From assembly GCF_009914755.1 (NCBI RefSeq), contig NC_060932.1: DNA of 64,000 nucleotides. One strand, given 5' to 3'. The notes below the pieces were generated by a model. It did not search any database and was not told the origin of the DNA. It was given only the letters and a program-made list of their open reading frames with translations. Of this stretch, positions 45,005-59,124 are shown piece by piece; position 1 is the stretch's first letter, and each line of letters begins with the position of its first letter. A program made the translations under genes and the position numbers. The DNA comes from the human T2T-CHM13v2.0 reference genome, Homo sapiens.

Positions 45005-45788
45005 CACAATTTATTCTTTCAATAGCTTCATTGGGAAAAATTTACATACTACAAAACTCATCTATTGTAAGTGTAGAAGTCAGTAATTTTTAGTAAATTT
45101 GGAAGTTTGTGCAATTATCACCACAATCTAGCTTTCAAGCATTTCTATCACCCCCCAAAACTTCCCTCCCTTCCATTTGCAGTCAATTCCATTCCTATCC
45201 TCTCTCCCATGTAACTATGGATCTACTTTCTCTACATAGACTTACTTTTTTATGGGAAATTCATAAATACGTAATCTAAGATATATAGTCTTTTGTGTCT
45301 AGATTCCTTTACTTGGTATAATATTTTTGAAGTTCACCCATATTGCAGCATGTGAAAGTAGTTCTTTCCTTTTTATTTGCTGAATAGTATTCCACTATAT
45401 GAATATACCACATTGTCTATCCAGTCACCAGTTAATAGACATTTTGATTGTTTCCAGTTTGAGGCCTTTATGAATAATGCTACTGTGAACATCAGCACAA
45501 GTCTTTATGTGGATATTAATTTTTAGTTCTTTTGGGTAGTTACCAAGAAGAATAGCTGGATTGTAGGGTAAATGTATGTTTGATTTTTGAGGAATAAGCC
45601 AAACTATTTTCAAATGTAGTTGTACAATTTTACATGTCCATCAGCAATGTATATGGGTTCCAGATTTTCCACATCCTCACCAATTCTTGGTATTGTTGGT
45701 CTTTTTTATTACAGCCATTTGCATGTGTGTGGTGGTATCACATTGTGGTTTAAAACATATTTCTCTAATGACAATGATGTAGCTCATG
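45005..45788 (-). mobile_element. L1MB-like 3' end
   Basis: Antisense L1 3' UTR (gtgcaattatcaccacaatcta, gctgaatagtattccactatatgaatataccaca). Confidence 0.85.
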
Positions 45789-45789
45789 A

Positions 45790-46840
45790 AAGATCTGATC
45801 AAAAGAATGAAAAGACAAGCTACAGAGTTAGAGAAAATATTGCAAGCAACATATATGACAAGAGAATAGTATTTAGAATATGTAGAGAATTCCCAGCACT
45901 CAATAGTTAAAAAAAAAATCCAGTTAGAAGCTGGGCAAAATACATGAACAGGCATTTTACTAGAGGATATACAAACAGTAAACTAACAAATGAAAAGATT
46001 CTCCACATCTCTAGCCACTAGAGAAATGCAAATTAATACCACAATGAGGTAATGCTACCCACCTCTCACAGTGGCTGAAATAAAAATTAGTGACAACACC
46101 AAATACTGGCAAGGTTGCAAAGAAATTGGATGACTCATACACTACTGATGGGAATGTAAAATGGTATTTCCATTCTCGAAAATATTTTGGCACTCCTTAA
46201 AAAAACTAAACATTTGACTAACATACAACCCCGCATTTTCACTTTTGGGCATTTATCCTAGAGAAATAAAAACTTAAGTTCATGCAAAAATGTATACACA
46301 AATGTTCTTGGCAGGGTTTTTTTTGTAATAAGCAAAAAATTGGAAACAATCAAAATGTCTTTTAGCAGGTGATTGACTAAACAAGTTGTTGCTGCATCCA
46401 AACCATTGAATACTATTCGGCAGTAAAAAGGGAAAGTTATTCATGTACTCAACAGTTTAATCTCCAGAGAATTGTGCTGAGTGAAAAAAAAAGTCCAATT
46501 TCAAATGGCCATTTGTAGGATTTTATTTATATAACATTCTTAAAATAACAAAATTATAGAAACAGAAAACAGATTGGGTTTGCAAGAGGTAAAGAATGAT
46601 GAGAGGTAAAGGAAGTGGTGTAGCCATAAAAAGGAACAGGTTGGACCTTTGCAGTGATGGAAATGTTCTATATCTTGGCTATATGAATACCAACATCTTG
46701 GCTGTGATATTGAGCTATAGTTTTATGAGATGTTATCATTGGGGAAAATGAGTAAAGAATACATGGAATCTTTTCATATTATTTATTATGACTGCATGTA
46801 AATCTACAATTATCTTTAAAAAAAGGTTTCCTTATAAAAA
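45790..46840 (+). mobile_element. L1MB/MC-like ORF2 end and 3' UTR
   Basis: aaagaatgaaaagacaagctacagag, gaaatgcaaattaataccacaatgagg, gcatgtaaatctacaattatct. Confidence 0.85.
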
Positions 46841-46859
46841 ATCTACTTACTAGAAATAT

Positions 46860-49470
46860 AATTTTTTTCTCAATTCTAAATTCTACTCCACTTATTTACA
46901 TAATTATCTTTGTGCTAATTCCATACTTTCTTGATTACTGTGGCTTTATTGTATAAGTTTTGAAAGTTGGCAGTGTAAATGCTCCAACTTGGTTCTTATT
47001 TACCAAAATTGGTTTGGCAATTCTAGTTCCATTGCATTTTCATAAAAATTTTAGAATCATCAGATAGATCAATAGCTACAAAAAATATGCTGGATTTTGA
47101 TGGGGATTATGTTAAATCTATAGATCAATTTGAGAAGAATCGATGTCCTATTTTTTCCAATCCATATATGTGGACTATTGCTCTATTTTATTTTTAAATT
47201 ACTATCAGCAATATTTTATAGTTTTCAATATACAAGTTTTACTCTTATTTCTTAAAATATATTCCTATTTATTGTTTTTGATGCCATTGTGGATGAAATT
47301 GTTTTCCTAATTTTATTTTTGGATTGTTCACTTACAGCATTTTAAAAGTTGGGTTTAGCATACTGATCTTGTATCTTGTAACCTTACTAAATTAATTTAT
47401 TAGTTCTAGTAATTTTTTCAGATTCTTTAGAATTTTCTACATACAATATAATGTCATCTGAAAACAAAACCATAAAAATAGTTTTACTTCCTTTCAAATA
47501 TAGATGCCCCTCCTCCCTCCCTCCTTCCTTCCTTCCTTTCTTCTTTCCTTCCTTCCTTCGTCATTCCTTCCTTCCTTCCTCCCTCCCTCCATCCCTCTCT
47601 CCCTTTCTTCCTTCCTTTCTTTCTGTCTTTTTTGTTCTTATAATTCTTTTAATTTCTAGGGTCTAGAGTGACGCTCCCTGTGTCATTCCTAGTTTAATAA
47701 ATTGTGTTTTCTCACTTTTTTCTTGATCAATTCAGCTGATGATTTATTAATTCTTTTTCAAAGATCAACTTCCGATCAACTTATCAATTTTCTCTGTTAT
47801 TGATTTTTTTCTATTTCATTGGTTTCTATTTTGTTGTTATTTCTTTCTTCTGCCTACTTTGAGCTTATTGTTTTTTCTGAATTCTTCAGATAGAAGCTTA
47901 AATGATTGATTTGAGATATTCCTTTCTAATATATGTGTTTAAAGCTATAAGTGTTTCTCAATGCATTCCTTATTTTTTATTTTTATGGATACATAGTAAG
48001 TGTATATATTTATGAGGTGTGTGAGATGTTTTGATACAGGCATGCAAGGCATAATAATCCCATCATGTAAAATGGGGTATTTATCCCCTCAAGTATGCAT
48101 GTTTTGTGTTACAAACAGTCCAATTATACTTTATTAGTTATTTTTAGATGTACAATTAAATTCTTATTGACATTTTTAAATGTACAATTAAATTCTATAG
48201 TCACCCTATTGTCCTATCAAATACTAGAACTGATTCATTCTTTCTAACTACATTTTTATGCCCATGTAACCATCATTCTATTCTCTGTCTCCATTAGTTC
48301 AATTGTCTTAATGTTTAGCTCCCCAAAATGAGTGAGAATGTGCAAAGTTTGTCTCTCTGTGCCTGACGTATTTCACTTAATGTAATATCCTCAATTTCCA
48401 TCCATGTTGTTGCAAATGACAGGATCTTATTCTTTTTTATGGCTGAATAGTACTCCATTGTGTATATGTGCCACACTTTCTTTACCCATTCATCTGCTGA
48501 TGGACACTTGGGTTGCTTCCAAATATTGGCTATTTTGTCCTTTAATTCTTTAAGCATGGTTTTCTTTAGTTCTTTAAACATGTTTATAATAGTTGCTTTG
48601 ACATCTTGGCCTGCTAAATACACCTGGGCCTATTCAGAGAAAATTTATGATGTCACCTTTTCCCCCAAGTATGGGTTACACTTTCTGTTGCTCTGCATGT
48701 CTTTGCATAATATTTTGTTGAAAACTGGGCATTTTAGATAATATGTTGTAGTAGCTTTTGATTCTAATTTTTATGCATGAGAATTGTTGTTGCTGGGTTT
48801 TTCTGTTTGTTTTGTTTTGATTTGTTATTTAGTAACTTCTCTAGACTTAATCTGCTATATTTGTATCCTCCATGATGTACAGTCGCTAAGATCTCTGATT
48901 ATTTTTGCATTCTTAGTTTTACTTTCTAGTCTTATTTTCTAGGGTTTACTCATGTGACTGCATGGCTTAGTAGTCAGCCAATGATTGATTAAAGATTGTG
49001 CTCAAACACCTCAGGCCAGTAAGGTTTTCACCCTGTGTTGCTGGATCCTCGTGTGGTTTGGAGAATACTCAGGCATTTCCAATCCTGCTCACTTCTGCTT
49101 TCTCCCAGGCCCCTCTCCCATCTTCCCTCAGCATGCGTGCAGTCTTCCAGTCAGCCAGATGTATGTGGAGAGCTTCAAATGTCTTGGGTCACCCCCGCAC
49201 ATGTACTCAGCCTCCCAGTCAGCCAGGTAGAAAGGAAAAGAGCTTATCTACCCCTCTATGACCTCTGAGCTTTAGGATCTCCCTGTTAAGTTTCTGGTTA
49301 GTCTACCAATCTGCCACTCCCAGTACTGCAACCTGAAGTCTGCCCTGTTCGTTTCTTACCAAGTTGGCTATTTTTACTGACAACGCCATTGAGTACAGAT
49401 TTTTCTCCTTTCACCCTAAATCAAATTAGCTCTCCCTCATGGAGAAGCTCCTGGTTTTCACGACCAGCCC
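46860..49470 (-). mobile_element. Old L1M fragments (antisense) containing an L1MA 3' end (~47972-48535) and a (TTCC)n tract (47507-47625)
   Basis: cttgattactgtggctttat, ctatagatcaatttgagaagaat; L1MA tail tttatggatacatagtaagtgtatatatttatg...gatggacacttgggttgcttcc. Confidence 0.75.
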
Positions 49471-50163
49471 TGTTAGGGGTGGCAAATATCTGGTTTACTA
49501 TCGGCAAATCTGTACAGGTCTGTGGCAACCTCAGTTCTTGCCTCTTCAAAAGAAAGAATTTGACTGAGGGGCATAAGGCAGAAAAAAAGACTGAGGAAAA
49601 TTTCAGAGCAGGAGTGGAAGTTTATTAAAAAGCTTTAGAGCAGGAAAGAAAGGGAAGTACACTTGGGAGAGATCCAAGCAGGCACTGTGAAGGTCAAATA
49701 TGGTGTTTAACTTATTGACTTGTTGGCATGCTTCTGGTGTCTTGTGTCCCTTTTCCCTGGATTCTTCCCTTGCAGTGGGTCACCCGCATATGCGGTGGTC
49801 TGCTAACACTTGAGAGGTGAGCATGCACAGTGTGTTTAGGAAGTTGCATGCATGCCCCCCTGAGGCTTCCTTCCCTTTTCTGGTGGAATACCCACCGAAG
49901 GTCATACTCTGCCAGTTTGTCTCTTAATGCATGTGCTCAAGCTCACTCACCCAATTCCTGAGATCTTATTGGAAGTTGATTACCAATTTCAAATGTTTTT
50001 ATCTATTTGGGAAATTGCCTCTCCCTGGCGCCTGCAACCAGCTATCATTTTTAGAGAGGCAGTGTCATAACTGCTGAACCGTCACCTGATGGTCCCCTGA
50101 CATCCTGGTGGGGAGGGGAGCCCTCTCCTGCCCTGTTCATGCCCATCTAACTACCTGCTGTCA
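49471..50163 (-). mobile_element. MER50-type ERV1 solo LTR
   Basis: Ends gccctctcctgccctgttcatgcccatctaactacctgctgtca, the reverse complement of the MER50 start; TSD (a)gccc on both sides. Confidence 0.85.
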
Positions 50164-50204
50164 AGCCCCATCCTGGTAGAATTGCTGTACCTCCTGAGCT
50201 GGTG

Positions 50205-50710
50205 GTGTGTAGTATACTAAAAGAGACATATTGTGGCTAAGATCAATGATAACCATAAGGTCCACCTAAGCATCTCACAGGGCTAATATGTGCCACTTAG
50301 CAATATGATACAACCTGGCCAGGAGATTTCCAGGAGACAAGGCCACCTCAGCACAGATGTAATTTTCATAACCCTTAAAACAAAGCTTACCCTCACATGA
50401 GTAACTTAAACTCCCTTTATGAAAGAAACATCTGGTAACTGACCCAGACTGAATCCAGGTATATGAAAGGGAGAAGGATCTTCCAAACCCTTAGAATGAT
50501 CTCTGGAGGAGGAGCCTCCCAGTCAGCTGGTCTGACCCCAACTGTAAATGGCCCATGCTCCTACTAACCATCTTGCAAGAGCACTGCCGGAACACTGCTT
50601 GAGCATCATGTGGTTTCTAAGACTTATCTTTGACATGAATCAAACCAAAGATGAAAAGTAACCCTTGGGGAAGTTAGCCAACTAGGACCATCCAAAACCT
50701 CCAAACACAA
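50205..50710 (+). mobile_element. LTR-like insert (family uncertain)
   Basis: TG...CA-bounded, more GC-balanced block within decayed L1; not matched to a named consensus. Confidence 0.45.
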
Positions 50711-52216
50711 AAGGGTTTGGGTTGGAAAGGGAACATCCCTAGACAAGAATGCCACACTTTTACTGTTCATTCTTGAAATTCAGAAGTTTTTTTTAAGCAA
50801 TAAATGTTTCTCAATTTATTGGGGTTTATTTGGTCAATTTCCAGAGCCTGGAAATGTTTGTGACAATTTTATCCAGTTTTGTCATTGTTTTTATGAAAAG
50901 AATTTGCCAATCACTGCAGTCACACCTCTCATGCAAACTCTTGTGGACAGTTTGTTTTTAATTCTTTACCTCATTATTTCCTCATTATGTTTGCCCATAT
51001 TAATCCTTCTATTCTCAGCTTTTGTTTTCTAGCCTCTCAGTTTCTATTTTCAGCATTTTACTGTATTTCTCTGGAAAAGTTGAAATGAAAAACATAGCAT
51101 CAGCTATGGATATTATACTATAATTACAATGGCATAAAATGCATATTAAGATGGATAATGAACAAAAATGTTAATAATCATATTAGAGTATGGAATTGTG
51201 GCTGATTTATTCCTATTTTTATGCAATATGATTGTATTCCTATTGTTGGTAAATGGTGACTATTGGGATTCTATCTTCTGCCAAGAACTTATAAGTAAGG
51301 AAAATTAGGCCACCACTCAGGAATGAAATTTATAATTAATATGTCCAAGGTCAGAGTAAGAACACTTAAAGGCAGCACAAATGAGAGAATGGCTCCCAGG
51401 CCACCTACTTTTACGGCAACTCAGTAGATATGCAGATACTTCTGAGGGACGGCTCATGAAGGGTCAGTCATGGAGGCACAGAACAATGAGACTTGCAGAA
51501 GCCTTGTCAGCAGGTTCATGCAAGCTCTGCCCAGGAAGAGGATGGCATGAGGACATGATGTGGCTAGTCTGAGTGGTATGCCATCTTCATTGTGGACACA
51601 GGTATATTCAGCTAACTCTCTTCATACCATTAGACAGTCCAATTTTAAGCTTAACTCCCCTGCTCTGATGCTATACACACCAATCATCCTTCTGATTACA
51701 ATTTAGCTTCCCATGTAGTTTGCCCTTTGAGAAACAGCCCACCTGGCCACAGCATGCAAATGTCCCATTGGCAGAGGGCTTTCTCCTTTTAAAAGTAGTA
51801 CATTGGCATCTGGGTGAAAATGCAGATAGTTATGAAGAAAACAGAAAGCCAAGAAGAGAAGCCTGTCTGGGCTGAGGGAACTGACAAGTTCATTTGGACC
51901 TGCTGAATTTGAGTGATGGTGAAACGAACGTTGGAAATACCCACTAGACATGAAAAAATAGAAGCAAATTCTGGGAAATAAAATGATTACAAAGATTCAG
52001 GTCCTGGATATAGACCAGAAGTCAGATCATGATGCTGGGGCCTTTGTAGCTGGGTGGGCCTCTGGCAGAGAGCAGGTAAGGAAAGAACAACGAGGGCTGG
52101 AGGGTGTAACATAGAGGTGGCACATCAGGCAAAGGAGACAGATGGGAAGATAATCTGGTTGTACAGGTTGTAGCTCAGTGTTATGGAAACTTGAGTGATG
52201 TTAAGAGTCATCTACT

Positions 52217-52550
52217 CAGCAGTCCCCAACGTTTTTAGCACCAGGGACCAGTTTCATGGAAGACAAATTTTCCACAGATGGGGTGGGGGATGGTTTCAGG
52301 ATTAAACTGTTCCACCTCAGATCATCAGACATTACTTAGATTTTCATAATGGGCAAACAACCTAGATCCCTCACATGTGCAGTTCACAATAGGGTTTGCA
52401 GTTCTATGAGAATCTAATCCTGCCACTGATCTGACAGGAGGTGGATCCCAGGTGGTAATGCTTGCTGGCCGCTCACCTCCGCTATGCGCCCAGCTCCTAG
52501 CAGGCCAAGGACCAGTACCCAGTCCACCGCCCAGGGGTTGGGGACCCCTG
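52217..52550. mobile_element. MER1B (hAT-Charlie) inserted in a MER5-like element (~52172-52700)
   Basis: TIRs cagcagtccccaac / gttggggacccctg; internal aaactgttccacctcagatcatcag; near-TSD atctact/gtctacct. Confidence 0.92.
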
Positions 52551-53469
52551 GTCTACCTGGCATATTAAAATTACATATTCCTTGGCTCCAACCCATACAT
52601 ATTGTGTCAGATGTGGCACAGTCTTCCAAGGACAGTCTAAGGAACCAACATTGTAACAAGTTCCTCTTTTGATTTTTGTGATGAGGCAAGCATCATTTTA
52701 AAATATCTAGTGCTGGTTCAGGCAAGTTTCTGAAAGCCACAGAAGGAGCAGTGAATGAGCAAGCAGGAAGGAAAGGAAGAACAGAGAGGAGTGAAATGGG
52801 GCATCAGGAATAAGCGGTATTGTTTATCGAAATAGGAAAATATTTAAGGGAGAGGAGAAGGGGTCAAAAATAAGCAGAAAATTTAAACGCTAGGTAGCTT
52901 TTGGGGGCGTGGTTGTGGTTGAGAGAGTAACTTGTAGAGCAAGGCAGATCTTAGAGAGGTAATCGCTCCGTGAAGGGAGGGGCCAGCCTGACTTGTTCAC
53001 ATTTGCCCGCAGCTCCTTAGCAAAAACCCAGCACATGGTAGGCTTCTCGTAAGTAATTGTTGCATACATGATTCAGGCGTGGGGTCCAGCTAACATTTAG
53101 AGGGGCTAACCTTAGAAAAGAGAGTGGTGTTTTCTTACTCTCATGCTACAAGGAAGGATGAAAGAACGCATAGAAACTGTTTAAGTAACAGAAGGAAAAT
53201 GAAGCTGATATCTAATGGACAGGATTTTTTTTCTGCTAACTAACTAAGAGGGCCATGCTTTAAGCGAGACGGAGGAGAAACTTGACAGTACAATGGTGGA
53301 GAAATGTCTAAACTTGAATTCCTTCTAAATGCAGCTGCTCTGTCTTATGTACTGTTTATATTTTTAAATGGTCCGAGGTGGAAACTCTTACAAACAAACA
53401 AAAATGTTGTTCGATCAGTAAATCAGTAAAAGATTTCAAAGTCACAAATCAAAAGATGAAGAACTTGTA

Positions 53470-53930
53470 AACTGCAATTTCCCTTAAAAGGCGGGAAGGA
53501 AATAGTGACTTGACCGAAAGCAACGGCAGCAGCTGATTACTGCGGAAACAGAAATAAATTCTGGCAGTAATTCGGAGGAAAATATTACGGGATAAGATCA
53601 ATTTCTCTATGTTTGCTTTCCTGACTAAACAAGAAAACCTAAGGGACATTCTCTGGGGTCTTTGCCCGGTGTGGGGCCAACAGACGGCACTACCGATAAG
53701 GCAGCCGCCAAATGGTTGGTTAGAGCTGGGACTTCATTCAAGATGCATGCCTGTCGGGAGCAGGCTGGAACACCGCAGCACCGCAGGAGAGATCGGCAAA
53801 CCCAAAAGGACAGCGCTGCTGCGTTCAAATGGCTTTAGGAGACCTCCTGTCAGAGCTGCAAACGTAGCTATGGCTGCCGTATCATCTTAATGCACACCTG
53901 AATATGATCCTAGAGCACGACCCCAGCTTG
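53470..53930. promoter_or_regulatory. CpG-retaining unique segment; candidate promoter or enhancer
   Basis: About 19 CpGs counted in ~440 bp of non-repeat DNA; GGCGGGAA (E2F-like) near 53489; RE1 half-sites CAGCACC (53776) and GGACAGCGC (53808). Confidence 0.45.
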
Positions 53931-55303
53931 AACACATCATCAGGGCATTTTGATGTGGGAGAAGACAGATGGAAAAGATTATGACACATCCAAAAGTACA
54001 CTAGAAATTTAGCTTAAGGTACAGATGCACTGCAATTTGAGACTGGTGCTTTCTGCATATTTGCATATTTGTTGCTAGCTCAAATGGGTTATCAAGAGGT
54101 AATGCCTCTTCTGTTACCTTATATGGGTATTTTGTTGTTGTTGTCGTCAAATCATTTTACTTGTTTAGGATCGCGCTTGAGTACCATTGGTGAAAGGAGC
54201 AGCAAGTCGCTGCTGATTCATCTTGCAAGGAAACAAGAGCACAAGGAATTCCTGAAAACTAAAACAACTTGAAAGAAAAACAGTGTGGTATATTCTAAAT
54301 ATGTCACTCATAAGCACTTTCAGATAATGTCACATTTTAGTTATTAGTTTAGCAATTAAGAACATTATAGGAAGTGGATGCCCATAGCCCACCGAACGAT
54401 AGTCAACCCTCTATCAGTATTCAAGAGCATAATAAAAGAAGACATATTAAGCAAAAAAAAAAATTGGTAGATTGAGATTGGTACAAACTTTTCTGGTGCT
54501 GTTCTTTAAAACTCCAAGAATACGTCATTTTAATCGTGAGGCATTTTCTTCTCCCAAAAGACAGCTTCTTCTAATTAATCATCCCCAAACTTTCTAAGCT
54601 GTTTCATCTCAAAATTTTCTATTCTAAATAAAAAAGGAAAAAAATTTATTCTGCAATAAAAAATAGCCAAACATTCTATTGAGTGTACTATATTTATAAA
54701 CCATGCTGTAAATGCCAATCCATGCTATATATGCCAAAGTATACAACACTTACCACTCAGCCTTAATAATAATAATTTGAAAGGTATAATAATAGAAATG
54801 TACTCTTTCACACCGTGTATTACTGAAAGTTTCACATAAATTAAATTCTTGTTAGTTAAATTATACCTAAATGAGAAAAATTCTATGGTGAATTATTTTG
54901 TAAATGAAAAAATTCTTTTGAATAAGAGCAATGTTCCCTCATCTGTCTTTTATAACATTCGGAAGTTATATATGTTGTGTATTTAAACAAGGGAAAATGT
55001 ACTTTTGTTTATAAGTTAGCAAATTTTATTATCTGAAGCCTTTTGCAGCTGGAACACCCCACAGTCTCTGCCCCACAGGGAAGGGTAGCTTTCCCTGGCA
55101 GCTGGAAAGTGCTGAAATATGAGGATAAGTGTGATATACAGTTAAATGTGGGAGAGGAGTTTGGAGCAACAGGTCTAAGAAACAAGTGCAAGCTACAACA
55201 AGGAGAAAGGGCAAAGGGGTGGGATGGAAGGAGAACTGAGGTGTTGGGAAAGGGAAGCACAGGCAAGTTAAGCACACAATTAAGGATGTGGACTTAGGAT
55301 ACA

Positions 55304-55360
55304 GTGTGTGAGTGGTGTGGTGTGTGTGTGTGTGTGTGCGCACACACACGCACACACACA
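55304..55360. repeat. (TG)n-CG-(CA)n microsatellite
   Basis: tgtgtgtgtgtgtgtgtgcgcacacacacgcacacacaca. Confidence 0.95.
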
Positions 55361-56295
55361 AGTCATGCGTATAATAGCCTCATTGGAGAAGATTGTATAT
55401 ATTTAAGTTATATACAGAGTCTAGGCCATAGTGAGCTGAGTTGCTTATAAAATTAGAGACTGGAACATAGGTTGAACATTTGACATATTCCTGGAGGTTG
55501 AAAATGGTCCTTATAGACATGTTAGATAGAATTCTCATATCAAAGACCATGCCAATTTCACACATCAGAAACTAGTGTGCCAAAATATGAAAACCAGAAG
55601 TCCAGCACAAGCCTAAAATGTTTGACAGAAACACTATGATTGTGTCCAAACTTATAGTTAGGATGACCTTATCATTAATAAGAATTACACCCATGTAAAA
55701 TTCTTGGAACATAAGAGGAAAAAAGCTAACCTTCTAACGGATAGACCATGTTCAAAATAAAAATGAGGGCTGGGAAATCACAAAGCATCTCTGAACAACT
55801 GTAGGAAAGGGGTCTAGGTGAGCCATGGGATGCAGGCACAGGCCACAGCGTGGGGAAAGGTCTGGTGCTACTGTGGCTTCCCCACAATGTGATGCAAGGG
55901 TCTGGGAAGAATGCTGCCTGTGTGCCAGGAATCAGAAGGAGGCACTGGTCTGAAGATCCGGGTCCTGGAGGAAAGCTTCATTCTGTCCCAGGAAGGCTGG
56001 TGCCAGGCACTGATGTTATGTCTCAGGGCCCACCCAAGTCCAGTTCTCCCAATGGAGTAGAAGAGAATGATCTCTTCCTACTGAGGAGTATCGATGAAAA
56101 GAACACTTGGATTTTGATGTCTCTCCTGACCAGCCTAGCTCAAGTTGTCTCCTCCATTCATTCTCCTACTCCTCTTTTTAATTATGTTTAAAGCCTGCAT
56201 TGCCAGCTGAAAACATGGATTTGTTTTTCAGGTTTCTTACTCATTTCCTTGTGGGTGATGTTTACTTGTTTCGAAGATGTCCTAGCTATTTATGA

Positions 56296-56512
56296 GCTAT
56301 GGGCTGAATATTTGTGTCGCCCCCAAATTCACCGGTTGAGATTCTAACCCCTAATGTGATGGTATTAGGAAGTAGGGCCTTGGAAGGTGAGTAGATCCTG
56401 AAAGTGGACCTCCCATGAATGAAATTAGTGCCCTAATAAAAGGGAGCCCCAGAGAGCTCTCTCACCCTCTTTCCACCATATGATGATATGATGAGAAGAT
56501 AGCCATCTTCCT
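56296..56512 (+). mobile_element. MLT1A/MST-like MaLR LTR fragment
   Basis: ctatgggctgaatatttgtgtcgcccccaaattc...aatgtgatggtattagg...attagtgccctaataaaagg. Confidence 0.8.
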
Positions 56513-56672
56513 GACTAGGAAAATTTAAGTATAATTTTCCTTTTCTTTGAAAACCTAATGACCACCATATTGAATTAGCAGTCACCTAAGCCCCTATGTA
56601 AATCTCACATATGCTGATATCTAGCAAAGTCTGTCATGATCAGTGTTTCCGCAGAGTTTAAAACCTCCATGA

Positions 56673-57024
<352 letters not shown>

Positions 57025-57054
57025 AAGTTATTTTTATTTTAATGATCCAAGGTA

Positions 57055-57500
57055 TTTTTATTGTGGTATTTATTCATAACACAAAATTTGTCATTGTAGC
57101 CATTTTTACATATATGGTTTAGTGGTAAGAAGTGCCTTCATATTGTGCTACTGCCACCACCATCCATCTTCAGAACTTTTTCATCTTCCTCATCTGAAGC
57201 TCTGTGCCCATTAAATGATAACTCCCCTCCCTCCAGACCCTGGAAACTACCATTCTACATTATATTATTATTATGTCTCTATAATTTTTACTACTCTAGG
57301 TACCTCCTATAAGGGGAATCATATAGTATTTACCTTTTTGTGACTGGCTTATTTCACTGAGTATGTCCTCAAGGTTCATCCATGTTGTAGCATGTGTCAG
57401 AATGTCCTTCCTTTCCTAAAGACTAAGATTTCATTGTCCATATATACATTTTGCTTATTCATTCCCCCAGCATTGAATATTTGGGATACTTCCAATAGTT
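57055..57500 (-). mobile_element. L1MB-like 3' end
   Basis: accaccatccatcttcagaactttttcatc, gtgactggcttatttcact, caaggttcatccatgttgtagcatgtgtcagaat. Confidence 0.88.
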
Positions 57501-57624
57501 TATTCTTATCATACAGGCATTTATTCCACTCAACAAAAGTACACCGAGATCCTAACTCCATTGCCCCGAACACCTGGTTCGCCTGCCAGCTTCTGTTCCC
57601 CACAGTGTGTCCTCAACCCCTTTA

Positions 57625-57965
57625 TTGACTTTGCAGGCCCTCAGCACATCTATTTTCTTTCCCAGACATGATTTTTCACCACAGCTGTGGTTATTATGGC
57701 AAAGTCCTTCTCATGCTTAAGAATCCAATTCAAATACCAGCTTCTTTTTCAAAATCTCTCTCTCTTCCCAAGGTTCCTCTGATATTCCCAAAGCATTTTT
57801 CGCACCAAAACAGCCCCAGTCATGATGAATTGTAAGTATTTTAATTGTGCATATTTTTCACCTCTGTATTATATGCTCACACCAAATAAATCTTTCAACT
57901 CCCAGGGTTTAGTCCAGTAGCTGGTACATAATTTGTACTCAGTGAATATTTTTTGAATGAATTAA
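57625..57965 (+). mobile_element. L2 3' end (decayed)
   Basis: ccagtagctggtacataatttgtactcagtgaatattttttgaatgaat terminal motif. Confidence 0.6.
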
Positions 57966-59124
57966 TACAAATATGAATTATCCTTTGTTTTTTTCACTGT
58001 TTTCCAAAATTGAAAAGTAAGTTGGAAATAGTATACTGTATGAATAATTTTCATCCTCTGTCTTCCAAAACAGGTTGGAGGGTTTTCTCCTTTGCATTAC
58101 AATATATAGCCATCAGTTAACATGATAAGCTGATATCAAGTAAGAATTCCATTATTTAACAAATGAAAAATTTGAAAGAGACATAAAAGCAGGAAAAGCA
58201 ATGACAGGCTGGCATAGAAACACTGTCTTCTCACAGTGCTGCCTGCTTTCTTCTGTCGAGTTTAGGGGACCCACGTACAAGGCTTCGATTCAGATAACTG
58301 TAATGATTAGATCTCTATGCAAATCTGCCCCATCCTGAGAATGTGTGACTTATTTTGCTATCTTCCAACTCCCAATGGCGTCAAACAGTAACAGCGTTCT
58401 GGACAGATGGAGTTGACGTGATAACACATAGGGGCAGCATATCAAGAAACACTTCTGACAAGTGGTAAGTGAATACTGCATCTTCAACTGTATAAAAATA
58501 AATGCTACAATTTATTTCATGGAGGAGGCATGGTAGCAACATATAATGGAGATGAAGTAAACTTTACTGTCTGTTGGCCACCTTAGATATTCTTTCAAAG
58601 TTTCTATTGCTGTTTGAAAATATTGCAAATGTTGTCACAATTCCCCATAACTAGCAAGAATCCAGCATTAGAAAAGAAGTGTTTAAAATACAAATAAGAT
58701 ATGCTGACATAAATGTGTGGAAAAAACACCCATGTGGCCACATTTGCACAGTCAATAATTTTCTTGTTTCATTTTCCTAAGTGACCAAATTTACCCAGAT
58801 ATGACCGGGTAAGATTGATAAATAAACTATGTTTATTTATCCTAACCTGCAAATGTGTTTTAAATATATACATTAATATCTACTAGTACTAAAAGAAAGA
58901 ATAGGCCAAATCAGACATTATTTTTTTCTGCTGAGCCCTGGAGTTACATGACTGCCACTAATTTCAGGGTGGGGAGCAAAGGAGGTTTAAGGGTTCCAAC
59001 TCTTCAAACCTCCCAAAACAGAAGGTATGGTTTTAGCTGTTTTACACAGTGGTCATCTGACGAAGAGATTTCATGATTTCCAAAACTCAGAAAATCCCTA
59101 TGCTAAAAATATAGAAACCTGAAG

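Noticed and set aside
45005-46840. Divergent L1 pieces as a single 5'-inverted (twin-primed) insertion
   Set aside because: Both pieces carry their own 3' UTR and cover overlapping L1 coordinates, so two independent old insertions fit better.
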